Part shown: one piece after another, positions 48,963 through 59,620 of the stretch
Numbering within the stretch: the stretch's first letter is position 1
Layout of the letters: the number at the start of each line of letters is the position of its first letter
From: a virus
Taxonomy: Duplodnaviria; Caudoviricetes
Reading direction: 5' to 3' (one strand)
Length of the DNA: 64,000 bases
Virus record (IMG/VR): IMGVR_UViG_3300028888_000047
Span: 253,465-317,464 of that record
Translations under genes and position numbers: made by a program
The notes under the pieces: generated by a model
Databases searched by the model: none
What the model saw: the letters and a program-made list of their open reading frames with translations, nothing else
Told to the model about the DNA's origin: nothing

Positions 48963-51900
48963 TTAAACTGTTAAATTCTTAGTTCCAAGTTTAGTTATAT
49001 TTCCATCCTCATCATAATCAGCCAATTCAGCCCTATCATCATATACCTCAGTATTTGCATAATAGTTAAATGAAAGAGCATTTTGTAACCTTGTAATATG
49101 CCCAGCAAGACTGCTACCACCAATAAACTTAAATCTCATATTAATGTCAGCAATCATTGGCATAACTCCAATACCCTCTGTATTTAAATCCCACATCAAT
49201 GGGTCATAGCTTATTGATAAACTATCTATCAATATCTTGGTATAATAGAAATCACCAATTCTTAATATACATACAGGAGGTCTACCAAATGATAAGTTAT
49301 TTGCTGTATTGTCAACAGCGAAATTATCACTTTGGCCAATTGTCGGTCCTTGTCTTGTACATTGCTGCAAGAACGTTAATCTTGCATTAAATCCTTCAGG
49401 ACTTATTGAATGGAATGCAGGGTCAAAATACTTAATTTTATCACTTATTTTATGATGCAAGAATGGTTCTTCCTTTTCCAACATTGAGAAGAACTTTGCC
49501 TCATTGTCATATCTTGTAGGCTTATTATTCTTAGTTCCTTCTCTTTCTGTTACATTATTTGCTCCAGTATCATTAAATATGTCAGAAGGCAAATAACTTG
49601 CAGGATTAACAACAGCACCTGCTTTGGTGTCATTGTTATGAGTCATTATTTGATTTAAAATGTTTCCACTCTTTCCTCTATCTCCAACAATATATCCATT
49701 AGAATCATAATTAAAATACTTATAATGTTCAGAAAAATCAGCAACAGCCCCATACAAACTGTTAAGGTTTACATTTCCTCCCCTAACACTTGCCCCAACG
49801 TTAAACGCCAATCTATTAATATTATCACTTAAAGCATTCATTCTAATGCTTTTAACTCTATCCTTTAAAGCCCTTTCAGCAATTAATTCATTTTCGCCCC
49901 TATCATCAAAATAAATTCTATCATCAATGTATGTTTGTTCAGTATTACCTGTCTTATAATTAGTTTGATACATATCATCAATACTTGTTTGAGAATCTAT
50001 TGGCGTGTTTGGGTCAGTAGTCATAAATTGTTCCTTTGTGGAGTTTTGTATAGTATTTGATGCTGCTGTTTTAAACTTGATTGTTACACAAGTACTTCTC
50101 CAAAGTTTATTATTTAATGAACTTTCATCGCCATTATTAATGCCACTACCTTCTCCTCCAATTTCTCCTGGAGTAGCCTTTACTGTATTTGCGTCGAACT
50201 TATTACTCTTTTTACATAACCAATTTTTTACTGTAAATGCCCTATCTTTTCTAAGTTCGTTGTTAAGTTTATCGTGGCCTTGAACTGAAGCCGTTCCAAC
50301 ACATTCAACGCTTTCAATTTGATACCTATTTATTAAACTTTTAAACAAATTAACTTTTTTAGCATCATAAAGACCTTCTAATACGGTTACTGCGTCACCG
50401 CCTTCCAATGCAACATACACATCAGCTAAGCTGAATAAATAATCTGTGTCTTCAATAGAAAAATGTTTGGCTACAATATCCAAACCGGATTTTGAATTTA
50501 AGCAATAACTTGCGCTATCTGTATAGCTTTCTTTTTTCAAAAGTTGGTTTTTATAATCATTGTCTACCCTATAATACCATTTTCTTTCCCACCATGTGTT
50601 TGTGCTATCACCTTCTTGCACATATAATGATGTTTTTCCATCATTACAATGTAACCCATTGCCATAATTACCTACCTTTATGTCAGCAATAAAGCCATTA
50701 TTATAAGTGGTTTCATCAACACTTCTTATAATACTTATAGGTTTATCTGGACGCATTTCATAACCACCATATCCATTATCAGTCTTTGCATATTGTATAT
50801 CATAATCGGTTGTCTTATCTTCCATATAACAACCCTTAGATGCGCTATAATGCCATCTTTTTTCCTTACCGGCTCCTAACCCATTGGTTAAGTATTTCAT
50901 AGCAAAATCAACATCGTCATCTTTACCACTATAGTTGTTAGGGAAAAAGACATAGAATTTTAATTCCTTAACATCAGGAGAAGGAATTGCTTCATCATAT
51001 ACTGCATTTTCTTCTTCAGATTCAGGAGATGGTTTAGCAGTAAGCATATCGCACCCAGCAAAGAATCTTAATATCTCTTGTTCAGGGTCCTTTGTTTCAT
51101 CAACAGAATTTGAGCCACTCTTTCCCTTATTTTCCCAATAGTTTATAATTGAAGGGTGGTCAATTAATATTTTAAAACTTAAGTTACCTGTTCTTGTGGT
51201 ATTTGTGTATGTATATATTCCTTCACCACGTCCAATGAAATTATTTTCATTCCAATTAACACTAACATCTTCATTAAATTTCAAGTCATACGGTGGAAAC
51301 CACATTATTCTACCACCAAATGGTCCTTTTTGTTCAGATGATAACCCACCGGCTTGGAATGTTTCTCTTGATGCTGCGTCTGTGCTAAATGCTCCCTTCC
51401 AAGCAAGGTTTTCAATTGAAAACATACAGTTTTTAATATCGACCTTTTTATTTGGGTTGCCATTATCAATTGGTGTTATATTAACAAGGCCATTATTTTT
51501 ATTTAACGTGCCAAACCTTTCAAGTCTTTGTCTGCCGTTATCAAAGCCAATGTCAGAATGGTCTGCTGTGAATTCTTTAAAGCCATACTTATTATATAAA
51601 TCATTTGCGTCCAATCCCAAAGGTCTTATAGCGTCTTTTAATCTGTGATATTGATGATGGAATGTCCATACCCTACAATATGGATTTTCATAGCCTTCAG
51701 AATCATCAGGAGAAAGTTTTAATAAGTTTCTGCCATGAGATAAACCATACTTTTTACTTACTGCTGTTTGAGTAGTATCAGTCATATCATCCTCGCTTGA
51801 GTCTGTATGAAAACGAGCTATGATTGTTTTGTATTCGCCCTTTTTAAAAGCATCATTTGTCTTTTTAAGAATATCATTTGCAGTTAAACCTGTACTATAT

Positions 51901-53027
51901 GAAGTATATCTTGTAAATTTTGCACCTGAATTGAAACTTCCTGAATAAATTGTTGTGGCAGACCCTTTTTCATTTTCAGTATAAACATATACGCCTCCGT
52001 CCATAACGTCAGATGCGTTAGAACTAAGATTATATTTTTCATACGATTTAAAAATATATCTTATTGGCCCTTTAATTCCATATTCATATCTAGGAGTGAT
52101 TTTCATGGAATTAATATAGTCTTTTGAAAAATCTATTTCTATTGAATCTCTTTTTGTGTTATCGACATAACGTGAACTATTAATTCTATATTTGTTTTCT
52201 TTAATAGAATTATCAAAAAAGACTTTTGATTTATCACTTAATGAATTATAAAATCCGGAATAAGCTCCAATATCGTTATAATGGCCATAATTTGAAACAT
52301 AAACAGGACTATCAGTATCATTTAACGGAGATAATATATCTTCAATTCTTCCAGTCTTTTCATTTACTTTATAAGCGTATGATTTAGTTTTTTTTAAATT
52401 TTTTAAATTTTTTGTTGTAATACCATAATATCCACTTAGTTGTTCTGTAATTGAATTAGTTAATTTATTATTGGCAACAACAGCATTTCTAAGTGTTTCC
52501 CTATTATAATAAGCACCACTTTCTCCCAAATATGTATCAGTACCTGTTCCATTATTATTTGTTGGTACAAGTGTGTTATTAATTAATGCTTCAATTGCAT
52601 ATTGGCCTTCTATAACGCCAACAGAAGCGGCTTCATCACTTATATGGAATAAGTCAACTTCATTTATATTTTCAACACTAATTGTAGCACCGTAAACGTT
52701 TCTCATATAATCGATATAGTTTGCGGTACTGTTTTTATTACCATCAAGATAAAACCAAGGAGTTTTAACAATAGAATTATAGAATGGATTGGCAACTTCT
52801 CCAATTGGCGTGCTATACCCATCATACACATATTCCATATTTCCTATGTTTCTATTTATATGGTCAAGCATAAGAGGATAGCTTTTATTAAGCAATCCAA
52901 TTGGTGCTGTCATAAAAGTATATAAGCTACCGTTGTTGAAGATATTTCTAATATCCCCAAACGCAGCTTCATTTAATACCTTTGCTGTTTTATCAAGTAT
53001 GCTTGATGCTTCTTTTAAAAAACTCAT
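48963..53027 (-). CDS. Tail-tube initiator-like baseplate protein (gp48/gp54-type) with an inserted OmpA-like domain
   Basis: FPPYDLKFNE..VNW..NFIGRGE.IYTY...R...LSF and PPVCILRIGDFY...SLSISYD...PMIADINM flank VGTAS...NNELRKDRAFTVKNWL...WRS. Confidence 0.62.
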   Translation of the reverse strand: MSFLKEASSILDKTAKVLNEAAFGDIRNIFNNGSLYTFMTAPIGLLNKSYPLMLDHINRNIGNMEYVYDGYSTPIGEVANPFYNSIVKTPWFYLDGNKNSTANYIDYMRNVYGATISVENINEVDLFHISDEAASVGVIEGQYAIEALINNTLVPTNNNGTGTDTYLGESGAYYNRETLRNAVVANNKLTNSITEQLSGYYGITTKNLKNLKKTKSYAYKVNEKTGRIEDILSPLNDTDSPVYVSNYGHYNDIGAYSGFYNSLSDKSKVFFDNSIKENKYRINSSRYVDNTKRDSIEIDFSKDYINSMKITPRYEYGIKGPIRYIFKSYEKYNLSSNASDVMDGGVYVYTENEKGSATTIYSGSFNSGAKFTRYTSYSTGLTANDILKKTNDAFKKGEYKTIIARFHTDSSEDDMTDTTQTAVSKKYGLSHGRNLLKLSPDDSEGYENPYCRVWTFHHQYHRLKDAIRPLGLDANDLYNKYGFKEFTADHSDIGFDNGRQRLERFGTLNKNNGLVNITPIDNGNPNKKVDIKNCMFSIENLAWKGAFSTDAASRETFQAGGLSSEQKGPFGGRIMWFPPYDLKFNEDVSVNWNENNFIGRGEGIYTYTNTTRTGNLSFKILIDHPSIINYWENKGKSGSNSVDETKDPEQEILRFFAGCDMLTAKPSPESEEENAVYDEAIPSPDVKELKFYVFFPNNYSGKDDDVDFAMKYLTNGLGAGKEKRWHYSASKGCYMEDKTTDYDIQYAKTDNGYGGYEMRPDKPISIIRSVDETTYNNGFIADIKVGNYGNGLHCNDGKTSLYVQEGDSTNTWWERKWYYRVDNDYKNQLLKKESYTDSASYCLNSKSGLDIVAKHFSIEDTDYLFSLADVYVALEGGDAVTVLEGLYDAKKVNLFKSLINRYQIESVECVGTASVQGHDKLNNELRKDRAFTVKNWLCKKSNKFDANTVKATPGEIGGEGSGINNGDESSLNNKLWRSTCVTIKFKTAASNTIQNSTKEQFMTTDPNTPIDSQTSIDDMYQTNYKTGNTEQTYIDDRIYFDDRGENELIAERALKDRVKSIRMNALSDNINRLAFNVGASVRGGNVNLNSLYGAVADFSEHYKYFNYDSNGYIVGDRGKSGNILNQIMTHNNDTKAGAVVNPASYLPSDIFNDTGANNVTEREGTKNNKPTRYDNEAKFFSMLEKEEPFLHHKISDKIKYFDPAFHSISPEGFNARLTFLQQCTRQGPTIGQSDNFAVDNTANNLSFGRPPVCILRIGDFYYTKILIDSLSISYDPLMWDLNTEGIGVMPMIADINMRFKFIGGSSLAGHITRLQNALSFNYYANTEVYDDRAELADYDEDGNITKLGTKNLTV

Positions 53028-53072
53028 AGTATTGAAAATATAATCTTTATTTTAAAATTTTAAATATTAATA

Positions 53073-56000
53073 TTAATCGCTGAATTTGTTTTTTGAAGAG
53101 TATTCTTTTCTTGTTTTACCAGCATTTGCGTCTTCATTCACCCTTTTGCTTATAATATCTGCAAGCTGTCTCTTAAATTCAGGAGTTTCCAATAACTTAG
53201 ATATATCAAAGTCAATTGACTTTCCATTTCCTTCAAGTTTAATAGTTCCACTAACATTTAAATTAATATCAGTTTTCTGAGGAACATTGCTAGCTTGTCT
53301 ATTTTCTCCTTCTTTATTTGGCGAAACCTTTAAGAAACCTGATACGTCAGGTAAAGCTCTTATAGATGGAGAAATTGGTGTCAAGCCAAGAGCTTTCATG
53401 CTAACCTGTCTGCCCAATATTGAAGCAACATTCTTATCAATTGAAGTTAAAATCTTAGCAACAGGAGCAGAGCCTTCAACTGAATTAGCTAACATCTTCT
53501 CTTCTCTTTCTTTCAGCTTGTCTTCTTCTCCACCGCCAAATAAACCACCAATACCCTTGCCAATAAACTCGCCTGCTTTAGAGCCTAGCCAACCGCCGGC
53601 TATTGTACCTAACGGTCCAAATGCAGACCCAAGAACTGCCCCTGCCGTTGCACCAATTGCCATACCGGCAGAACCTCCGTAACTTGCATTTTTCTCTTTA
53701 GCTGCCCTATCCTTTGCACGAGCTTTTTCTAAGTCAGACATTCCGCTTTTTTCTATTTCATCAACCTTGGCATCATATTGACTTGATGCTGCTGACATAT
53801 CACTAATAGCGCCTCCAATAGCCAATGCTGTTCCTATAGGTCCTGCTGCTTTCCCAAGTACTTTACCAACACTTCCAACTTTTCCTAAAAGTTTTCCTGC
53901 ATTTCCAACCTTACTTACAGCATTTGTTGTTTCGCTGACAACTTTTGTGGCATTACTTGATGCTTTTGCTATAGCATTAGATTTTTTTACATCTTTAAGA
54001 CTCTTTAATGCTTTTGCTTTTTTACGTTTTGATAGCCTTTTTTGTTTAGCAGACATTGTAGCTTCTTCGGTAGTTGCGACTGCCATTTCTTGTTCAACAG
54101 CTGGAGAAGCAAACAAAGACTTAACATCTGTTTTAAAATTTCTTGCTCCTTTTGCCATTTTTGTGTTTGATAGCCAATCAGAGGCATACATACCTCTGAT
54201 TTTCAAATCAGCAACTTTATTTCTATAATAATGTCCTATTCTGCCATTTGAAATTTTTGCTCCTAAACGCCTTCTACTTCTATCAATATGTAATAAACCT
54301 CTTGTTAAACTTCCCATTAATGTTCTCCTTCGAGCAAGAGACATTAATCTGGTTGAAAAGCTTCTTGTTGCTCTTGTAGCATCAGTAGCAGCATCAGCAA
54401 TATCTTCCAATTCTTCAACCAATGTTCCGTCACCAATACTACCGTTCATAATGGTTTGCCCATTCATCATAACAGTAGGATTCATTAGTGTTATAGGTCT
54501 ATTAAATCCTCCCATTGGCATCATTCCCATTGGCTGCATTCCACGCATCATTCTGCCTTGCATAAGCATTCCTGCCCCACTGCCAAGCATTCCTCCTATT
54601 CCCATGTTTCCACCACTTAATAGGTTTCCTAATGCCATGTTAGTGCCAATGCCATGCATTCCAAACTTTCTACCCAATTTATTACCACCATAAGCCATTA
54701 AACCTGTAGTGGCAATGTCTCTAAGTAGGTCGAATAATCCTTTTTGTTCACGAGGATTTAATATCATTTCACCGGCATTGGCTAACACTGGAGTCTTATC
54801 ACCCATAGTGGAAGAACCTTGGATTACAGTACCAAGAGCTGCATGAGGAATAGGCTCCACTAAACCGCCTTCAGCAAATCCTTCAGTGCCATGAGTAAAA
54901 ACATCCATTTGACCAATAGGCCACGATAAGTTCTTAAACAAGTCCCAAGGTTGGAAACTATTACCATTAAGCCAACCGGATAATGTACCCATTAAACCAT
55001 TTTGGATTTGTGAGGTGAATGCATCCCATTCAGCTCCTAAACCAGTAATGTTTTCTTTTGTAGATGTAGTACCCCTTGCACGGCCTAAAGTTCTTTCAAG
55101 AATTGTTTTAATGTCAGCAACATCATTCCACAACCCTTCCTCTGTCATTTGAGAGTCTTGTGCAATTTTCAGTTGCTCTTCTGTAAGGTCTTTTAAGAAT
55201 ACCTTTTCTTCTTTACCATCATTTAAAAGGGTTACAAAATGTTCGCCGGTTTCTTCATCAACGTTTGTCCTTGAAAGATTTTTAATAGCGGCCAATTGAG
55301 CTTTGTCCCATTCCTTATTGTTTTTAGCCCTGAGTTCTTCCTCAACTTTTTGATTTTGAATTTCAGCCATTGCAGGGTTAGTAATTTGGTCAACTGTCAT
55401 ACCGAGATTACTAGCAAGCTCACGCATCATGCGCATTGTAACTGGGTCAAATGTTACAGCTCCAGTTTTTTCATTATATGAGCCCTTTCCTCTGATAGTT
55501 CTGAGAATTCTTTCTTGGAATGCCTCTGGGTCTGCCATCGATTCATACATAGCACCCATTGGATTGCTGAATTCCCTTGCAAAACTACCGCCAAGCATTT
55601 GAATATTAGCAGAAGTACTGATAGCCTTATCAATGTCAGCAAACTTCTCTGTGGCAGACATTATTGCGTTCATATCCATTCTCATTGAAGCGGCTCTTAA
55701 CGACATCTTCTCAATATCATTAACGCCATTTCTGAATGAATATGATGCAGCAAGCTTAATATTGTCAGCCATCATTTTGGTTGCCTTAGCAGGACTAACG
55801 CCTAATGCTTTAGCCCTTTCTTGCAATCTTCCTGTGTATGCCGTTGCCCTAGCAATACCTATACCAACTTTATCGTACTCATCGACGAGTCTACCTGCAT
55901 CTTCACCTGCAATTTTTGATAAAGCAGACATATGAGCAAGCTGTTCTCTTGATAAGGTAACATTTCTGCCAACCGCTTCAGCATATGATTTTTGGAAATC

Positions 56001-56306
56001 AGCAATTTCCTTGGCAGTTATACCGTATTGTCTTGCAAGCTCTTTTGTGGTTTGCATTAACTGACGGTCATAACGCATAGCCATTTCACGACTCATGGCC
56101 ATAGAACGACCTGTTTGGAATGCAATATCTTGCATTTCAATCCACTTTCCGCCAATAAAGTTAAAAGCACTTATAGCATCAGATTTCAATTGACTAAAAA
56201 CTTCCTTATATGCGCTCATCTGCATATATGCATCTATTGCCATTCCTGCTTTCCCACCAAGTTTTGCTCCAAGTCCTCTTAAGAGTGCGGCTGCTGCTGG
56301 TCCCAT
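53073..56306 (-). CDS. Tape measure protein
   Basis: 1077 aa, Ala/Gly-rich helical sequence, FAEGG...GDKTPVLANAGEMILN motif, C-terminal glycine-zipper; downstream of the tail chaperone pair. Confidence 0.8.
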   Translation of the reverse strand: MGPAAAALLRGLGAKLGGKAGMAIDAYMQMSAYKEVFSQLKSDAISAFNFIGGKWIEMQDIAFQTGRSMAMSREMAMRYDRQLMQTTKELARQYGITAKEIADFQKSYAEAVGRNVTLSREQLAHMSALSKIAGEDAGRLVDEYDKVGIGIARATAYTGRLQERAKALGVSPAKATKMMADNIKLAASYSFRNGVNDIEKMSLRAASMRMDMNAIMSATEKFADIDKAISTSANIQMLGGSFAREFSNPMGAMYESMADPEAFQERILRTIRGKGSYNEKTGAVTFDPVTMRMMRELASNLGMTVDQITNPAMAEIQNQKVEEELRAKNNKEWDKAQLAAIKNLSRTNVDEETGEHFVTLLNDGKEEKVFLKDLTEEQLKIAQDSQMTEEGLWNDVADIKTILERTLGRARGTTSTKENITGLGAEWDAFTSQIQNGLMGTLSGWLNGNSFQPWDLFKNLSWPIGQMDVFTHGTEGFAEGGLVEPIPHAALGTVIQGSSTMGDKTPVLANAGEMILNPREQKGLFDLLRDIATTGLMAYGGNKLGRKFGMHGIGTNMALGNLLSGGNMGIGGMLGSGAGMLMQGRMMRGMQPMGMMPMGGFNRPITLMNPTVMMNGQTIMNGSIGDGTLVEELEDIADAATDATRATRSFSTRLMSLARRRTLMGSLTRGLLHIDRSRRRLGAKISNGRIGHYYRNKVADLKIRGMYASDWLSNTKMAKGARNFKTDVKSLFASPAVEQEMAVATTEEATMSAKQKRLSKRKKAKALKSLKDVKKSNAIAKASSNATKVVSETTNAVSKVGNAGKLLGKVGSVGKVLGKAAGPIGTALAIGGAISDMSAASSQYDAKVDEIEKSGMSDLEKARAKDRAAKEKNASYGGSAGMAIGATAGAVLGSAFGPLGTIAGGWLGSKAGEFIGKGIGGLFGGGEEDKLKEREEKMLANSVEGSAPVAKILTSIDKNVASILGRQVSMKALGLTPISPSIRALPDVSGFLKVSPNKEGENRQASNVPQKTDINLNVSGTIKLEGNGKSIDFDISKLLETPEFKRQLADIISKRVNEDANAGKTRKEYSSKNKFSD

Positions 56307-56383
56307 ATATTATTCAAAAACTAATTTTATACAGTTATTTTAATTACATATAAATACTAAATATTTCATTTTTTTAAATAAAA

Positions 56384-56407
56384 ATGGGAACTTTTTGAAG
56401 TTCCCAT
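56384..56407 (-). terminator. Intrinsic terminator after the tail chaperone genes
   Basis: 10-bp stem ATGGGAACTT/AAGTTCCCAT followed by a T-rich run on the minus strand; GTATTTATA motif for the TMP gene at 56349-56357. Confidence 0.7.
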
Positions 56408-56745
56408 CATCTATTTGTTGCATTTTTAAGATTTTGTTGGTCAATATCGGTATATGCATCAATTGCTTCTGTCTTGGCTGTTCCGCCTTTTTGCATATCT
56501 TCATATTCTTTTCTTTCTGACTCTGCTGCTTCATTATGCTTCAAGATATAAAACTTTCTATCTCTTGTTGGCATTTTTAACAGTTCATCAAAAGGCATTT
56601 TTATATGCTTAAAACAGCCAAACAACTCTTCCTTAAGATACCTTTCATAATCAGGCGATATTCCAGAAAACAGTATCGTTCCATTCAAGAAAGGTTTTAA
56701 ATGAGCCACCTCCAAGGCTCTCAGGTCTTTCAATTTCAACCTCAA
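56407..56745 (-). CDS. Tail assembly chaperone C-terminal (gpT-like) ORF, probably reached by programmed frameshift
   Basis: No ATG before the conserved-looking core (PDYERYLKEELF...MPTRDRKFYI); overlaps the upstream ORF end in the +1/-2 frame; directly precedes the TMP. Confidence 0.6.
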   Translation of the reverse strand: MRLKLKDLRALEVAHLKPFLNGTILFSGISPDYERYLKEELFGCFKHIKMPFDELLKMPTRDRKFYILKHNEAAESERKEYEDMQKGGTAKTEAIDAYTDIDQQNLKNATNR

Positions 56746-58024
56746 AATCTAACCCCGGTTCATTATCAAGAATATATCTCCTCAGCATAAGAGAATCATT
56801 AGCTGGCATATTGTAAATAGCCTTTCTAATATATTCTTTATCATAATTGCCATTAATTGCAACTATCTGCATTTCCATCCTATTGGTAATTGCTCTATTG
56901 AACCTATTTTCATTTTTATCTTCTATTTTCTTAGCCCATTCGTTAATCTTTCTTGTTGCTTCAAGAATAACTGTTTTTTCCTTTGAATCAAGTATTGAGT
57001 CAGTTTTTAATAAGTTTGTGATTGTTCTATTCGCATCCCTCAAATCAAGAGCATTCATTCCCTCTCCTTCAATTCTTGAAAGGATTCTTAAATCATTTTC
57101 TTCTTTTCTCGTCAAATACTTAAACTTAACTTCAACTCCTGATTTTGGTAATGTATATGAAAAATGACCATTTTCATCACCCTTTAACTTAAACTCCTTT
57201 GATTTAATTTTGGTTAAATCAACAGTAGTTTCAATCACCTCTCCTGAATCAGGGTCAGTTACAGCAACAGGGAAATCAACGCCATAACTTGTTGCTCTAA
57301 GAAACAATACAATTGCATCGACATCACCGCTTACCAAATCTTCAACATTAATATCCTTATTTACTATTTTATTATTAAGCAAATAATCAATTACAAGTCC
57401 ATCACGATAAAGGTTTGGAGAAGTAATGATATTTTCATCATAAGCAGTTAAATAAGATACAGGTATTCTACCAACTTTATTTTTATAGCATTCTCCGTTA
57501 CTTGGCAATGAAATGACATCATATTGAGCAGTCGAATCAATATTGTTAAATGTTGTGTTTGTCGGATTTACAATTTCCTCGCCATATTTAATTCCTGTTT
57601 CTTGTTCAATATGTGTTTCTGTACCTCTTCTCTTACGTTTCTTAATTCTTTCTTCTTCCTCTTTTTTATGACTTTCCAAAATATCAAAAATTGAATCAGA
57701 AGAATCATTTGTATTATTATTGTTTGAAAAGAAATTTGAATTATTCAAGTTTTCAATATCTTCATCTTTTTCAATAATTGGCTTATGTTCAATTACAATT
57801 GGTTTTATTTCTTCCTGGGGAATTTCAATATGCTGAATTGTGCCATTCATAATGTTCTTTATCTTTTGTTGAACTTCTTCTTGAGCTATTTCAATTCTCT
57901 TAACAGCTTGCTCTGTTCCTCTGACTTTTGTTTCTTCTTTGGAACGTTCATACATTTCATTTGTTGCCTGTAATATTTTAATTTCCTTTTCTTGTTCAGG
58001 GGTTAACTTCTTTTTGCCTGCCAT
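56651..58024 (-). CDS. T4 gp26-like baseplate hub / tail assembly chaperone
   Basis: SLPSNGECY, YLTAYDENII, LVSGDVDAIVLFLRATSYG, YTLPKSG.EVKFKYLT, and DS..LRRYI...EPGLD. Confidence 0.75.
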   Translation of the reverse strand: MAGKKKLTPEQEKEIKILQATNEMYERSKEETKVRGTEQAVKRIEIAQEEVQQKIKNIMNGTIQHIEIPQEEIKPIVIEHKPIIEKDEDIENLNNSNFFSNNNNTNDSSDSIFDILESHKKEEEERIKKRKRRGTETHIEQETGIKYGEEIVNPTNTTFNNIDSTAQYDVISLPSNGECYKNKVGRIPVSYLTAYDENIITSPNLYRDGLVIDYLLNNKIVNKDINVEDLVSGDVDAIVLFLRATSYGVDFPVAVTDPDSGEVIETTVDLTKIKSKEFKLKGDENGHFSYTLPKSGVEVKFKYLTRKEENDLRILSRIEGEGMNALDLRDANRTITNLLKTDSILDSKEKTVILEATRKINEWAKKIEDKNENRFNRAITNRMEMQIVAINGNYDKEYIRKAIYNMPANDSLMLRRYILDNEPGLDFEVEIERPESLGGGSFKTFLEWNDTVFWNIA

Positions 58025-58031
58025 AACTATT

Positions 58032-58640
58032 TTAAATATTTTCGATTAATGTTATTTTTTCTGCCAAAATTGCATATTCATCATCATCGCCTTTATCTAA
58101 TATCTTGCAATTTTCAAATCTTACATATTTTGTTTCATTGGCTTTATTTAAAAATTCAACATAGAATGTTCTTGTTGGTTCATTTTGCCAAACTTTATCT
58201 TCTCCAAGAGCGTTTTTATATTTTGGGTTATTAAGATTTTCATGCTCCTCAATCCAAAAATTATAATCCTCTTCAAATTCTTCATCCATTGAATCACGGT
58301 TAAACTTGATGATATTAATTACAACATCTTGAGATAATGCGTTTGAAATCAAATTATCAACAGTTTCATCATTTCCGTTTTCATCAAAAAGCAATGCTTC
58401 TGATTTATAATTATTCTCTTTTGCATTTTTTGATGATTTTGATAAAGCACCAAAACTTGCAGTAGTTTTATTTCCTTTCATACTAATGTGGTATAACGCA
58501 TCCTTAGTGACGCCTGAATATTTTCTATTTTCTCTATCCATAGCATCAAAGAAATCATCATCAGACTTATAGTAATCGTTGCTCATATCAAAATCGCCAT
58601 CATCAAAACCTTCCAATTTTACATATAACGTAATATTCAT
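58032..58640 (-). CDS. Acidic hypothetical protein
   Basis: 202 aa ORF in the operon; no motif recognised. Confidence 0.55.
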   Translation of the reverse strand: MNITLYVKLEGFDDGDFDMSNDYYKSDDDFFDAMDRENRKYSGVTKDALYHISMKGNKTTASFGALSKSSKNAKENNYKSEALLFDENGNDETVDNLISNALSQDVVINIIKFNRDSMDEEFEEDYNFWIEEHENLNNPKYKNALGEDKVWQNEPTRTFYVEFLNKANETKYVRFENCKILDKGDDDEYAILAEKITLIENI

Positions 58641-58654
58641 AGTATCAATATTTT

Positions 58655-59620
58655 TTAAAAAATTAAATCTAAATTTCTAACAAGTCCTTCCAACCTCATT
58701 TCATCTGGTTCATATTGAATATCATTATTAACCCTATTAAAATCAATCAGTGCTTTACTAACAATTTTCAAAAACTTATCAATTCGATAATCTAATGCGG
58801 TTATTAACCTTTGTCTAAACATTTTTATTGCCTTATTACCTGTACATCTATCGCCATATGTTTGTTTTAAAAATTCATTACAAATTTTTCTACCCTTTTC
58901 TTTTTTTATTAACTCATCAAACACGTCTACAATGTTTTTTAGCACAAGGTTTTCTCTATACATTCTGAATTCATTAAAATAGTCTGTAATGTTATTTCTG
59001 TTTATATAAGTTTTTTGTCGAATTTCTTCATATGTTTGATTCACAAAAGCAGAAACTTCGTCATTATCAATTAAATAAATAGCCTTTCTAAGCATATCAA
59101 ACACATCATTACCGTATTTTGTTTCATGTTTAGTATTAAATGCAGAAGTATATAAATTGTTAGATTTATTAACAGATTTTAAAGTATTTCCATTATTTTG
59201 TGATAAAATTGAAAAATATCTATATGCATGCTCTACTTCATGAGAAAAAACGCGCATAAAAAGATTTTTATTTACCACATTTGGATTATCAGTCTTTTCA
59301 CTAATTTGTATTGTACAATTGATTAATCTTTTATCATTACTCAAATGCTCAAAATCATTTTCAGGAATAAATTTACTATTATAATCAGCATCTTTAGTAT
59401 AAGAAAAATATTTAATATTTATGGTTTTTATGAAGCAATCATACTTCAAAACATAATTATTAATTCTTCTTATATATAATCCTGGTCCGACTAAATTAGG
59501 CTTTAACGTAGAAATGCAGTCATATAACTCTTCTCCAATTTTATTATAATTGTTAATCATACCTGCTGCTTCATCTAAGTGCAATGTGAAGTATTTTCTT
59601 TCAATATCGTATATGTTCAT
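58655..59620 (-). CDS. Zincin-like metallopeptidase (HExxH), putative internal head protein
   Basis: FSHEVEHAY plus downstream DEVSAF (third ligand); N-terminal LDE site. Confidence 0.6.
   Translation of the reverse strand: MNIYDIERKYFTLHLDEAAGMINNYNKIGEELYDCISTLKPNLVGPGLYIRRINNYVLKYDCFIKTINIKYFSYTKDADYNSKFIPENDFEHLSNDKRLINCTIQISEKTDNPNVVNKNLFMRVFSHEVEHAYRYFSILSQNNGNTLKSVNKSNNLYTSAFNTKHETKYGNDVFDMLRKAIYLIDNDEVSAFVNQTYEEIRQKTYINRNNITDYFNEFRMYRENLVLKNIVDVFDELIKKEKGRKICNEFLKQTYGDRCTGNKAIKMFRQRLITALDYRIDKFLKIVSKALIDFNRVNNDIQYEPDEMRLEGLVRNLDLIF

Noticed and set aside
52960-53027. LKE/LNE leader on the 1354-aa protein as a capsid-targeting signal
   Set aside because: The protein has baseplate/tube-initiator features and context; a short [IL]xE match alone is weak evidence.
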